A stretch of 44,740 bases of DNA from Candidatus Moraniibacteriota bacterium (GTDB taxonomy: Bacteria > Patescibacteriota > Minisyncoccia > Moranbacterales > UBA1568), in assembly GCA_903859375.1 (NCBI GenBank), contig CAIOMK010000022.1, positions 1 through 44,740 on the forward strand, in the 5' to 3' direction. Position numbers and translations under genes: made by a program. Below the pieces are notes generated by a model. The model had not been told where the DNA came from. It saw only the letters and a list, made by a program, of their open reading frames with translations, and made no database searches. Within the stretch, counting starts at the first letter, position 1; each line of letters begins with the position of its first letter. Of this stretch, positions 19,367-28,781 are shown one piece after another.

Positions 19367-20055
19367 CCGTTACAAATTTTCTCGAGACGCTCACGTATCC
19401 GAAGCTGTTCCACAAAGGGATTCTCGGCCTCTATGCTGACATATTCCGGGAGATATGAGGCGTAATCCGACACATAATCATACTCTCGTATATCGATCAT
19501 GTAATGTTCATCCATGCCCGACCGTTTCCGTTTCATCATATTGCGGATCGCCGGAAGAGGCGAGATGTGGCAACACCCGATCGCGACGTCGGTTCCGAGC
19601 AGCTCGGTCAGCATACGATACGATTTCGGGAAACGGAAGCGTGTCAGCCGGTAGTGTTGGATATCGAGACAGATGCCCGCGTATTCGTCGACTATCCCGT
19701 CCGGAAAAGGATGAAAGTGATTCTCCACGAAAATCTTGTGCCGAAACCGGTCGAACGCCGGGACATGACGGGGATGATCGTGAATATTGTACGCCACCGG
19801 ATGGAACCGATCCTCGAGATACGCGACTTCGTCCTCTTCCATGTCGTCGCGGAGATGTATGTGCGGTACCGTAAGAGAATCGATACCCTCAAGAAGCGTG
19901 TACAGCTCGTCGCGCTCCTGCTTCTTCAGGAATGTCGGGAACAACGCGATATCGGTGATACCGAATCGTTTCATTTCTTCCACCTTTTCCCTCCAATCGG
20001 ACCCGGGCGTCGTCGTCAGTCCCAAGAGTATTTTTTTTGGTTTCTTCTCTATCAC
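19363..20055 (-). CDS. Hypothetical protein, possible metal-dependent TIM barrel
   Basis: ATGA-coupled to rfbD. FVEN, ICLDIQH, CHIS and SIE motifs resemble xylose-isomerase-like barrels. Confidence 0.65.
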   Translation of the reverse strand: MIEKKPKKILLGLTTTPGSDWREKVEEMKRFGITDIALFPTFLKKQERDELYTLLEGIDSLTVPHIHLRDDMEEDEVAYLEDRFHPVAYNIHDHPRHVPAFDRFRHKIFVENHFHPFPDGIVDEYAGICLDIQHYRLTRFRFPKSYRMLTELLGTDVAIGCCHISPLPAIRNMMKRKRSGMDEHYMIDIREYDYVSDYASYLPEYVSIEAENPFVEQLRIRERLEKICNG

Positions 20056-20082
20056 AATCAGACATCAGGAATTAGTGATCGG

Positions 20083-21066
20083 TCAGACTTTTGATGTGAG
20101 CTTCAACTTCTTCCACCAGTCCTCATGCGTCCGATACCACTCGACTGTCTGTCGAAGCCCCGTTTCAAGCGTGACCGACGGCTCCCATCCGAGTTCACTT
20201 TTGATTTTCGAATAATCGATCGCATACCGCCGATCGTGCCCGAGCCGGTCCGTCACGTATCCGATCCGATCTTCACTGAGACCCATGATATCGAGGAGTG
20301 TCTTCGTGATCCAGATATTCTCACGCTCGCCGTTCCCGCCCACGCAGTACGTTTCACCGACTCGCCCTTTGCGGAGCACGAGGTCGATGGCCCGGCAGTG
20401 ATCCTCCACATGGAGCCAATCACGCACCTGTTTCCCGTCGCCGTAGACCGGTATGTTCTTCCCTTCCAGAAGGTTCGTGATCGCCAGAGGAATCAGTTTT
20501 TCCGGAAAATGATACGGTCCGTAGTTGTTCGAGCAGTTGGAAATCGTGACCGGCAGATCATACGTGTGAAAATACGCCCGGACAAGATGATCCGACCCGG
20601 CTTTGGACGCGCTGTACGGACTTCGCGGATCATACGGTGTCGTCTCGCAAAACGGCGCGTCATCCGGTGCGAGTGACCCGAACACTTCGTCGGTCGAGAC
20701 GTGATGGAATCGTTTCCCACCGTGTTTTCGTGCGGCATCGAGCAACACCTGCGTCCCGAGGACGTTCGTACGGACAAATGATGCGGGATCACTGATAGAC
20801 CGGTCCACATGAGACTCTGCCGCGAAATGGACCACCGCATCGCATTCTTTGACCAATCGATCGACAATTTCCGCATCCGCGATGTCCCCCTTCTCGAAAC
20901 GGAAACGGGGGTCCCCCTCACACCCAGCAAGATTCTCAAGGTTCCCCGCATAGGTCAACAAGTCGAATACGACCACCGAGTCCTCCGGATGCTCCCGCAA
21001 AACATGGTGCACATAGTTCGAACCGATGAATCCCGCTCCGCCGGTGACAAGCAAATTCATAGTCAT
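20083..21066 (-). CDS. rfbB: dTDP-glucose 4,6-dehydratase
   Basis: VTGGAGFIGSN, HFAAESHVDRSI, STDEV, YSASKA, GHDRRYAID. Confidence 0.98.
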   Translation of the reverse strand: MTMNLLVTGGAGFIGSNYVHHVLREHPEDSVVVFDLLTYAGNLENLAGCEGDPRFRFEKGDIADAEIVDRLVKECDAVVHFAAESHVDRSISDPASFVRTNVLGTQVLLDAARKHGGKRFHHVSTDEVFGSLAPDDAPFCETTPYDPRSPYSASKAGSDHLVRAYFHTYDLPVTISNCSNNYGPYHFPEKLIPLAITNLLEGKNIPVYGDGKQVRDWLHVEDHCRAIDLVLRKGRVGETYCVGGNGERENIWITKTLLDIMGLSEDRIGYVTDRLGHDRRYAIDYSKIKSELGWEPSVTLETGLRQTVEWYRTHEDWWKKLKLTSKV

Positions 21067-21071
21067 GTGGA

Positions 21072-21647
21072 TTATTCCGTAAACAATAATTCATCCCATC
21101 GTACGGGATCGGATTCAAGGGAAGCGAGTGTCGGCTGAACCCGGTCTTTGTCCGATATCGTCAGTCTGTCCCTGTTCAACCAGTCGATATCGAATGACTC
21201 GTCGTTCCAGAGCATACCGCGATCATGTTCTTTGGAATAGACGTTCGTGCATTTGTACGAGAAAATCGTATCGGGAGCAAGCGTCAGGAATCCATGGGCG
21301 AACCCGGCCGGGATATAGAATTGCCGATGGTTTTCCGCCGACAAAACAACCGAAACATATTTCCCGAATGTCGGTGAATTTCTCCGTATATCGACTGCCA
21401 CATCGAACACTTCTCCTTGGATTACCTGTATGAGTTTGCCTTGTGAGAAAGGTGCGGTCTGATAGTGAAGTCCACGAAGCGTTCCGGTCGGTTTCGAATA
21501 GGATAGATTGTCCTGAACGAATTCCGGTATACCAGCTTCACGATATCGGTCCCGATTGTAGGTTTCCTTGAAATACCCGCGCTCATCTTCGAACACGTCC
21601 GGCTCGATCACGAGTACACCGGGAATGTCCATTTTAGTGATTTTCAT
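21072..21647 (-). CDS. rfbC: dTDP-4-dehydrorhamnose 3,5-epimerase
   Basis: DERGYF.E, FVQDN.S, LRGLHYQ, DVAVDIR.SPTFG, GFAHGF. Confidence 0.97.
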   Translation of the reverse strand: MKITKMDIPGVLVIEPDVFEDERGYFKETYNRDRYREAGIPEFVQDNLSYSKPTGTLRGLHYQTAPFSQGKLIQVIQGEVFDVAVDIRRNSPTFGKYVSVVLSAENHRQFYIPAGFAHGFLTLAPDTIFSYKCTNVYSKEHDRGMLWNDESFDIDWLNRDRLTISDKDRVQPTLASLESDPVRWDELLFTE

Positions 21648-21714
21648 AAGGCTTTTCGCAACGGTTCAAGCCTCTTCATAATACCAAATAAGCCGATTGG
21701 AGGCCAGAAAAGCG

Positions 21715-21741
21715 AAAACCGACCCGATTTCTCGGGCCGGT
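21715..21741 (-). terminator. Intrinsic terminator after khpA
   Basis: accgacccga/tcgggccggt stem plus U-run. Confidence 0.55.
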
Positions 21742-21779
21742 CCGCTCTTTTCCACTCTCTGTGGTCACTATTGACCGTC

Positions 21780-22199
21780 CTACAGTCTGATGTCGTTCAT
21801 CACGTCATCAAGCGTTCGTTTTACCTCGGGCTTCGGTGCTTCGTATACCGGTCTCACCGTTTCCGCGACCACATCCGCGACCGGCGCCTGCGTCTCCGCG
21901 GCGGCTACCGGTGCGACCTCGTCACGATGATGTCCGCGGGTCGAACCTTCCGGCTCGTTGATTTTGAGATTGACGCGCGCGTTGTTCTTGGCACCGATGA
22001 CACGCAAAAGCGTCCGGAGAGACTTCGCCGTCATGCCCTCGCGACCGATTACCATGCCCATATCTTCGGGATGAACGTCGAGTGTGATAAGTACGCCCAT
22101 CTCATCCACTTTTCGGGTGACCTTCACATCCTCAGGATGATCGACAAGCGCCTTCACGACATATTCAATAAACTCCTGATCCTTGTAGATTTCTGTCAT
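21780..22199 (-). CDS. khpA: KH-domain RNA-binding protein KhpA, with C-terminal extension
   Basis: VKALVDHPEDV, VHPEDMGMVIGREG.TA..LRTL. Confidence 0.9.
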   Translation of the reverse strand: MTEIYKDQEFIEYVVKALVDHPEDVKVTRKVDEMGVLITLDVHPEDMGMVIGREGMTAKSLRTLLRVIGAKNNARVNLKINEPEGSTRGHHRDEVAPVAAAETQAPVADVVAETVRPVYEAPKPEVKRTLDDVMNDIRL

Positions 22200-22294
22200 A
22201 CTCGTATCATCGTATTACACAGGATTATATGACCGAACGATCTTACCTTCATCAGTATACCTATCCGCCCCGATGGCTGTCAACGACAAGGGAG

Positions 22295-23626
22295 TCAGGC
22301 ATCCCCGTTCCATTCGGCGGGCCTGAAAAAAGGCTTTTCCCGCCATATCTGAGACTGACGACACAGCAATGCATGCGCGTCTTCCGGATTCCGAAGCAAC
22401 GCTTCCGAGACCTTCTCCATCCGAAGTCCCTGCGATCCCTTGACCAGAACAAGGTCTCCTTCATGAACCAAGTCCGATATCACGGCAGCCGCCGAATCTG
22501 GATCGGGAAATTGGAGTACATTCCCACGGGACATTCCCTGGGCAAGAAGCTCTTCTCCGAGAGCACGCGTCCGACGTCCGACAAGGATCACCAATCCCGT
22601 CCCGACAGCCAATACGCTCTCGGCCAGACGCAAGTGATCCTCTTCCGAACCGATGCCGAGCTCGAGCATGTCGCCGAGTGCCAAGACTTTCCTCCGCGCG
22701 GGAATCTCACCGAGTGTCGAGAGTGCCGCGGATACCGATGACGGCGAAGCGTTATAGGTGTCATCGAGCAGACCGACGCCGTTTTTCCCGCTGAGAAACC
22801 TGAGTCTGCCCGGAAGCGGTGCGAATTCCTCGAGTCGTTTCGCGATATCGACGAGATTCATGCCCACGGCGATACCGACTGCGGCACCGGCGAGCGCGTC
22901 CAGGATATGATGACGCGCGATCACGGACGGCAACCGCACTGGGATAGACTTGCCCTTATAATTCAGTTTGAAACTGGATCCTATGACACCGTCAGTTTCC
23001 TGAAGGAGGATATTGTCCGCCCGAACCGAGGCATCGGGAGAAAATCCGTATGACAGGATGACGGCCTTCGTCTTCTTCCCCATACCGAGCACCCGTTCGT
23101 CATCGGCGTTCAGGATTGCAAACCCATCAGCCGGCAACGAGGAAATCAATCGTCGTTTCTCCTTGGCGATATTGGCGACGCTTCCGAAGTATTCGAGATG
23201 GCTCTCTCCTACGAGGGTCACGACACCGATCTTGACCGGTGCGATGCGAAGAAGCGCCGTCATATCCCCCGGTCGGTCGATGCCCATCTCGAGCACCAAT
23301 GCTTTCGGGTAACGGCTCGGCAGAATCATGAGCCGAAAAAATCCTCCTATCGCGAGAAGAAAGCGAGCAATCGTTCCGTGTTGTGCCCCTATTCCAAGCA
23401 CCGCGAGAGGCAATCCGATTTCGTTATTATAATTGCCGTCGCTCTTCCCTGTCGGCATAAATCCACCCAAAACAAGCGCAGCCGCTTCTTTCGTCGAACT
23501 CTTCCCTACCGACCCCGTCACCCCGATGACAAGCGGACGATATTTACGTAACACCGAACCTGCCATGAATCCGAGCACTTTCTCAGCTACCCGTACCGTT
23601 CCTTTTTTTCCGTTGTTTTGAATCAT
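22295..23626 (-). CDS. murF: UDP-N-acetylmuramoyl-tripeptide--D-Ala-D-Ala ligase
   Basis: IGVTGSVGKSSTKE, NNEIGLP, LEMG, DDTYNASP, LGDMLELG, LVKGS. Confidence 0.95.
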   Translation of the reverse strand: MIQNNGKKGTVRVAEKVLGFMAGSVLRKYRPLVIGVTGSVGKSSTKEAAALVLGGFMPTGKSDGNYNNEIGLPLAVLGIGAQHGTIARFLLAIGGFFRLMILPSRYPKALVLEMGIDRPGDMTALLRIAPVKIGVVTLVGESHLEYFGSVANIAKEKRRLISSLPADGFAILNADDERVLGMGKKTKAVILSYGFSPDASVRADNILLQETDGVIGSSFKLNYKGKSIPVRLPSVIARHHILDALAGAAVGIAVGMNLVDIAKRLEEFAPLPGRLRFLSGKNGVGLLDDTYNASPSSVSAALSTLGEIPARRKVLALGDMLELGIGSEEDHLRLAESVLAVGTGLVILVGRRTRALGEELLAQGMSRGNVLQFPDPDSAAAVISDLVHEGDLVLVKGSQGLRMEKVSEALLRNPEDAHALLCRQSQIWREKPFFRPAEWNGDA

Positions 23627-23830
23627 AAGCGTTCGCACAGTATACCCTCATTTTGAAACGAAATCGACTATCTTGTACTTTCAAGGCTTATATAAGGAAC
23701 AAATTTTTCGTGAAATCCGATTTTCTCGTTCCTTGTCCCACAGACCAGTTACTGATTGCCAATTCCCCGTTCCAAAATTCGCCTTTCGCATTCCGCCCCC
23801 GTAAAGTCACACCGACTCTTTCCTTGTATT

Positions 23831-24319
23831 CGTTCCCGACTTTCGACTTTCGACTTGTGACTTTTCACTTTCGACTATTCTTCCCGTTCCCCACTTTCGA
23901 CTTTCAACTTTTCACTTGTTCCCGCTTTCGACTTATGACTATTCTCCGACTTTCGACTTTTCACTTGTGACTTTCGACTATTCTCCCCCGTCCCCACTTT
24001 CAACTTTCGACTATTCTCCCCCGTTCCCGCTTGTGACTTTCAACTTTCGACTTGTGACTATTCTTCGACTTGTGACTATTCTCCGACTTTCAACTTTCGA
24101 CTTTTCACTTGTGACTTTCGACTATTCTCCCCCGTCCCCACTTTCGACTTTCAACTTTCGACTTGTGACTATTCTTCGACTTTCAACTTTCGACTTGTGA
24201 CTATTCTTCGACTTGTGACTATTCTCCGACTTTCGACTTGTGACTATTCTCCCTCCCCGCTCCCGTTCCCGCTTTCAACTTTCAACTTTCGACTTGAGAC
24301 TATTCTCCGACTTTCGACT
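23831..24319. repeat. Combinatorial ACT-unit repeat array 1 (about 54 units)
   Basis: Units ACTTTCG, ACTTTCA, ACTTTTC, ACTTGTG and ACTATTCT(C/T)CG with C-rich linkers (CCCCGTCCCC, CCGTTCCCG). Confidence 0.97.
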
Positions 24320-24323
24320 CCTT

Positions 24324-26111
24324 TCATTTGGCCCCTGGAATAGGCTCTGTCGGTTCGATCTTCCCATAGGAAAGCAGGAACTTCATCATGGACCCGAACA
24401 TCGGAGCAGCACTCGATTCGGCCCACTCGACGTTCTTCGGATTGTCCACCTTGGTCAGGATGACATACTTCGGATCACCGATCGGCGCATACCCGACAAA
24501 GGATCCTATGGACAAGCCCTGCTCATACCCGCCTCCGCCTTCCTTCGCGACCTGAGCCGTCCCCGTCTTGCCACCGACCCGGTATCCCGGCACGGCGGCA
24601 CGTTTCCCGTGACCGCGAAGGACGACGCTCTCGAGCATCTTCCCCATCTTCGCCGCCGTATCTTCACTCACGACCCGACGCACCTCTTCGGGCTCCACGA
24701 TACGTTCATGTCCGTCTTCGTAGACGTATTTCTGCACGATCTGCGGTTTCATAAGGACGCCCTTGTTCGCGAGTGCGCCGTATGCCGAGATCAGTTGGAT
24801 CGGCGTCGTCGTGATGCCCTGACCGAACGAAGCGGTATAGAATTGGATATCGCGCTTGGTGTCGGCGAGGTTCCTCAGGTTTCCGGAGAGTTCCGCCGGC
24901 AAATCTATATCCGTCTTTTTCCCGAAACCGAACTGAGACATCCGTTCCGCGAAACGCGCATTCCCGACCTGACGCTCCACCGAAATGACGCCCATGTTGA
25001 TGGAATTATCGAGCACCCCGTACATATCGGTCTTTCCGTAGGTCTTTTCCTCGGCATTATGAAGGGTGTATCCGGAAAGGGTAACCGATCCAGGATCGAA
25101 AAACGGGGTCTCTGGCTCTACTTTTCCATCATCGATACCGATAGCCATGGTAATCGGTTTCATCGTCGATCCGGGCTCATAGGTCATGCTCACGGTCGGA
25201 TTTATGAAGCGGAAATAATCTTCCGTCTTCCCGTATTCGTTCGGATCGAAACTCGGATCGGACGCCATCGCGAGGATACGACCCGAAGCCGCATCCATGA
25301 CGATGACGCTTCCCCCGACCCCCGCGTATTTTTCCACTGAGTCACGCACTATCTTCTCCGCTTCATGTTGGATCACCTGGTCGATCGTCAACACGACATC
25401 GGGACCTTTCTCTGCAGGTACCACGACACGGTCATCCGTCGATATCCACCGCCCGGCGGCGTCACGCATCTGATCCACCTGACCGGATTTTCCGCGCAGT
25501 TCCGCATCGAACCACGATTCGAAACCGTATCGACCCACTTCGCCTTTTCCGGGATCTCCCGGGCTCACGAAACCGACGACCTGTGCGGCAAGATCTCCGC
25601 CGGGATAGAACCGGTTCTTCTCCTTGCGCAGATACACGCCGGGAAGTCCGAGCTCCGTCACTTTCGCCGCCTCGTCATCGGAAAGTTTCTTTTTTATCGG
25701 TGCATACTGACTGTCGAGATTCTGACACTTCGCACGGATTTCATCGGCCGGAACACCGAGTATCGAGGAAAGCGCCTCTGCAGTCGTCTTCACGTTCTCC
25801 ACTTCACCCGGCACGAGATACAGGAGCGGCGCCTCGCGGTTCACGGCAGCCGGATAGATGGTGTCCCGTTCCTGAAAATAAATCTCGCCCCGATCGGGAG
25901 TCAGCTCCGCCGATACGGACTGCTGGTTCTCCGCGACCGCCTTCCATTTATCCGCCTCGAACACCTGTACTACCGTCAATCTGAGAATGACGGCTATGCC
26001 GACCAGAAAAACAAAAAAAAGAAGAGTTCTCACCCTCCCTGTCGGAAGCGATCCATTCATCGGTTTTACAATGGCTGATGCCGATTTGTGTTTTCTCATC
26101 GCCATACTCAT
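24324..26111 (-). CDS. ftsI: Class B penicillin-binding protein (FtsI/PBP3-like)
   Basis: N-terminal TM, RGEI, RFYP, EPGSTMK (SxxK), SIN, KTGTAQ. Position after mraZ-rsmH-ftsL. Confidence 0.92.
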   Translation of the reverse strand: MSMAMRKHKSASAIVKPMNGSLPTGRVRTLLFFVFLVGIAVILRLTVVQVFEADKWKAVAENQQSVSAELTPDRGEIYFQERDTIYPAAVNREAPLLYLVPGEVENVKTTAEALSSILGVPADEIRAKCQNLDSQYAPIKKKLSDDEAAKVTELGLPGVYLRKEKNRFYPGGDLAAQVVGFVSPGDPGKGEVGRYGFESWFDAELRGKSGQVDQMRDAAGRWISTDDRVVVPAEKGPDVVLTIDQVIQHEAEKIVRDSVEKYAGVGGSVIVMDAASGRILAMASDPSFDPNEYGKTEDYFRFINPTVSMTYEPGSTMKPITMAIGIDDGKVEPETPFFDPGSVTLSGYTLHNAEEKTYGKTDMYGVLDNSINMGVISVERQVGNARFAERMSQFGFGKKTDIDLPAELSGNLRNLADTKRDIQFYTASFGQGITTTPIQLISAYGALANKGVLMKPQIVQKYVYEDGHERIVEPEEVRRVVSEDTAAKMGKMLESVVLRGHGKRAAVPGYRVGGKTGTAQVAKEGGGGYEQGLSIGSFVGYAPIGDPKYVILTKVDNPKNVEWAESSAAPMFGSMMKFLLSYGKIEPTEPIPGAK

Positions 26112-26211
26112 ACGGACAAGCTACCAATTTCGGGCGCCGAGAAAGTCCGTGTTCCAAAATACGTCTCGAATCCGAAGCGAACGGGTCACTCCGCGCCTTC
26201 GGGACAGATCT

Positions 26212-26553
26212 CTACCGAAAAGCGACCGTACCCCGTCCCCCGACGGTCTTCAGGTCGGTCGGGCGATCCATCTCCTTGCTCTTTGCCGAATCCTCAATAT
26301 GCGAAAGGGACAAAGCCTGAGCCTCGGAAATCTTCAACTTCCGGTTCTCCTCCTTGAGTTGAGAAATATCGGACTCCACTTTCCGCTCCTCATATCCCTG
26401 GGTCGCACCGCGATTGAGCGCGTACACGTAAGCTATGCTCGACAGGAAAAATACAAACAGTCCGACGATCGCCACCGGATGAACAGCACCTGAAAAAGAT
26501 GACTTCTTTCCTGGAATGTTTCGTTGCTCCGAGACATGGTAATCCTTTTTCAT
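26212..26553 (-). CDS. ftsL: FtsL-like cell-division protein
   Basis: Single TM followed by a coiled coil (ISQLKEENRKLKI), between rsmH and ftsI. Confidence 0.7.
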   Translation of the reverse strand: MKKDYHVSEQRNIPGKKSSFSGAVHPVAIVGLFVFFLSSIAYVYALNRGATQGYEERKVESDISQLKEENRKLKISEAQALSLSHIEDSAKSKEMDRPTDLKTVGGRGTVAFR

Positions 26554-26689
26554 ATGTTTGTGCCCCTGTTTTTTGTTTATTTTTTTTCGGCCTTCGACCC
26601 GAGACCGACTCCCATCTTTTTGTTCCCGTCTCCGACTTGTGTCCCCGTAAAACCTTGATGACTCGGCCACGGGGCATGCTTTCGATTGT

Positions 26690-27655
26690 TCATGCCCTCT
26701 CTGCCACCCGGAGTTTCGCACTCCGTGCCCGCGGATTTTCTGCGATTTCGGCTTCACTTGGCAAGATGAATTTCGGTGAGAGTGTCTTTATCAGTGGTAG
26801 CTGTCCACAGACACACTTCGGAAATCCCGTCGGACAGACACATCCTTTCGACAATTCCGAGAACACCCGTTTGACCAACGCATCCTCTCCGGAATGGAAC
26901 GTGATGACCGCGATACGGCCACCCTTCCGGAGCAATGGGATCCCATCATGCAGGAACGTCTTGATGACCGACAATTCCCCGTTCACTTCGATCCGGATCG
27001 CCTGGAACACTTTCGTCGCCGGATGAATGTTCATCTTCCTCCGCTCGACATCCGAGTAGCATCCGGAAACCGTTTCCGCAAGCTCGGACGTCCGTTCAAA
27101 GGACTTCACCTCCCGCCGTGCCACGATCGCCTTCGCTATCTTCCATGCCTTCGGTTCATCGCCGTACTCACGGAACAATTTCGCGAGGGCCTCATCATCC
27201 CATCCGTTCACGATGGTCGCCGCGGTCGTTTCCGTACGTTCGTCGAGCCGCATATCGAGCGGCCCGTCCGAACGGAAAGAAAATCCACGCTCTGCTTCGT
27301 CCATCTGGTCCGTCGAGAACCCGAAGTCCGCGAGCATCGCATCCACTTCACCTATTCCGAGAGATCGGAGCATTTCCGCGACCCGGGAAAAATTTTCCCG
27401 AACCACGACAAGCGAACCGTCCTCCATCGCCTGCCGCACACCGGTATCCGATTCCGCGGACCGCTGAAAACGCCCGATCGCCCTCTCATCGGCGTCGAAT
27501 GCGACCACCCTCCCACCGGGAAGCACACAGGAAAGTATCTTTCTCGTATGCCCACCGCCTCCGAGGGTCGCATCCACCGCCACGTCACCCTTTTGAAGGT
27601 TCATCGCCACTATCGCCTCGTTGAGTAATACTGGAATGTGTCTCGTCTCTTTCAT
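26690..27655 (-). CDS. rsmH: 16S rRNA m4C1402 methyltransferase
   Basis: HIPVLLNE, DATLGGGGH, RGFSF..DGPLDMR, FQAIRIEVN.EL, NPRARSAKLR. Confidence 0.98.
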   Translation of the reverse strand: MKETRHIPVLLNEAIVAMNLQKGDVAVDATLGGGGHTRKILSCVLPGGRVVAFDADERAIGRFQRSAESDTGVRQAMEDGSLVVVRENFSRVAEMLRSLGIGEVDAMLADFGFSTDQMDEAERGFSFRSDGPLDMRLDERTETTAATIVNGWDDEALAKLFREYGDEPKAWKIAKAIVARREVKSFERTSELAETVSGCYSDVERRKMNIHPATKVFQAIRIEVNGELSVIKTFLHDGIPLLRKGGRIAVITFHSGEDALVKRVFSELSKGCVCPTGFPKCVCGQLPLIKTLSPKFILPSEAEIAENPRARSAKLRVAERA

Positions 27656-27761
27656 AACAATCCGAACATCAGGAATGAATACCGCTCACGTTTGTTTTCA
27701 TTACCGATGTCCGCCCTGTTTCGTTTTCTCTTCTTTGTTTTTTCTTTTTCCTCTTCTCTTT

Positions 27762-27845
27762 CCGTTCCCGACTTTCGACTTATGACTATTCTCCGACTTG
27801 TGACTATTCTCCGACTTTTCACTTTTCACTTTTCACTTTTCACTT
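27762..27845. repeat. ACT-unit repeat array 2, abutting the mraZ stop codon
   Basis: ccgttcccg-ACTTTCG-ACTTATG-ACTATTCTCCG-ACTTGTG-ACTATTCTCCG-(ACTTTTC)x4. Confidence 0.95.
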
Positions 27846-27846
27846 C

Positions 27847-28281
27847 CTAATAGATTCCTAGCTTCCCAAGTTCCTCCGCGATACCATCCGTGTTCTTCTC
27901 CGCCTCGGACTTGTATGCCTTCCATCCGTCCTCGTCCCAGATCTCGAGTCTATTGAAGAGACCGACGACGACGACGTTCTTTCCGAGTCCCGCGAATTCC
28001 TTGAGGTAGTCCGGGATAAGCACGCGACCTTGGCTGTCGAGTTCCGCGTCTGTCGCGCCCGCGAGCTGCAACCGTATGAAACTTCGCGTCGCCGCTTCAC
28101 CGACCGGCATCGTACCGAGTTTCTCCGCGAGCTCTTCCCACACTTTCATCGGATACACGAAAAGCGAACGGTCCAAACCCCTCGTGACGACCACCCGGCT
28201 ACCAAGCTCCCCGCGGAACTTTGATGGCAGCGCGATGCGCCGCTTCGGGTCGATACTGTGCGAATATTCTCCGATGAACAT
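27847..28281 (-). CDS. mraZ: Transcriptional regulator MraZ
   Basis: MFIGEYSHSID.K.R, DSQGRVLIP, LEIWD. Confidence 0.97.
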   Translation of the reverse strand: MFIGEYSHSIDPKRRIALPSKFRGELGSRVVVTRGLDRSLFVYPMKVWEELAEKLGTMPVGEAATRSFIRLQLAGATDAELDSQGRVLIPDYLKEFAGLGKNVVVVGLFNRLEIWDEDGWKAYKSEAEKNTDGIAEELGKLGIY

Positions 28282-28286
28282 AGATT

Positions 28287-28351
28287 CACCACTCTTCCCC
28301 ACTTATTAGTACTTCAACGACATTTTACTCCACTCCTCTTTCCATTGTCAA
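28287..28351 (-). promoter_or_regulatory. dcw promoter (TTGACA-N18-TAAAAT) overlapping MraZ boxes
   Basis: GTGGTG (28287-92), GTGGGG (28297-302), degenerate GTACTA (28307-12) and GTGGAG (28328-33) at about 10-bp periodicity. The -35 is at 28346-51 and the -10 at 28322-27. Confidence 0.8.
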
Positions 28352-28522
28352 CACTTTCAGAAAATCCCTTATATAAAACAAAAAAACAGCCCCACTGGCT
28401 GTCAAAACACCCCATTTCCGGTCTTTTTGACTGTATCGCCCCATCGCTCATTTTCCACACTCCCCTCCCTTCCCTCCCGATTTCGTTCCAAATTCTGATC
28501 TTTTGTAAATTATTTCTTGTCA

Positions 28523-28678
28523 CCGTTCCCGCTCCCGTTCCCTCTTTTCACTTTCGACTTTTCACTTGTGACTATTCTCCGACTTTCGACTTTCGACTTT
28601 CGACTTCTGACTATTCTCCGACTTGTGACTATTCTCCGACTTTTCACTTTTCACTTTTCACTTTCGACTACTCTCCCC
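28523..28678. repeat. ACT-unit repeat array 3, upstream of the mraZ promoter
   Basis: Same unit alphabet, led by ccgttcccgctcccgttccc. Confidence 0.95.
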
Positions 28679-28781
28679 TTCACCCTTTCCTTCCACATGA
28701 ACTTCATACCTCTGTTCCTCAATATTTTTTGTTCCTGGAAAAAACGAAAGGACCGGATGCATTTGCTATCCGGCCCATCTG

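Noticed and set aside
23653-24200. Plus-strand ORFs reading TFDFRLVTILRL (also near 27638-27850 and 28258-28971)
   Set aside because: They are translations of the repeat units, antisense to the operon, with no initiation signals.
23831-24319. CRISPR array
   Set aside because: No constant-length repeat with unique spacers, and no cas genes.
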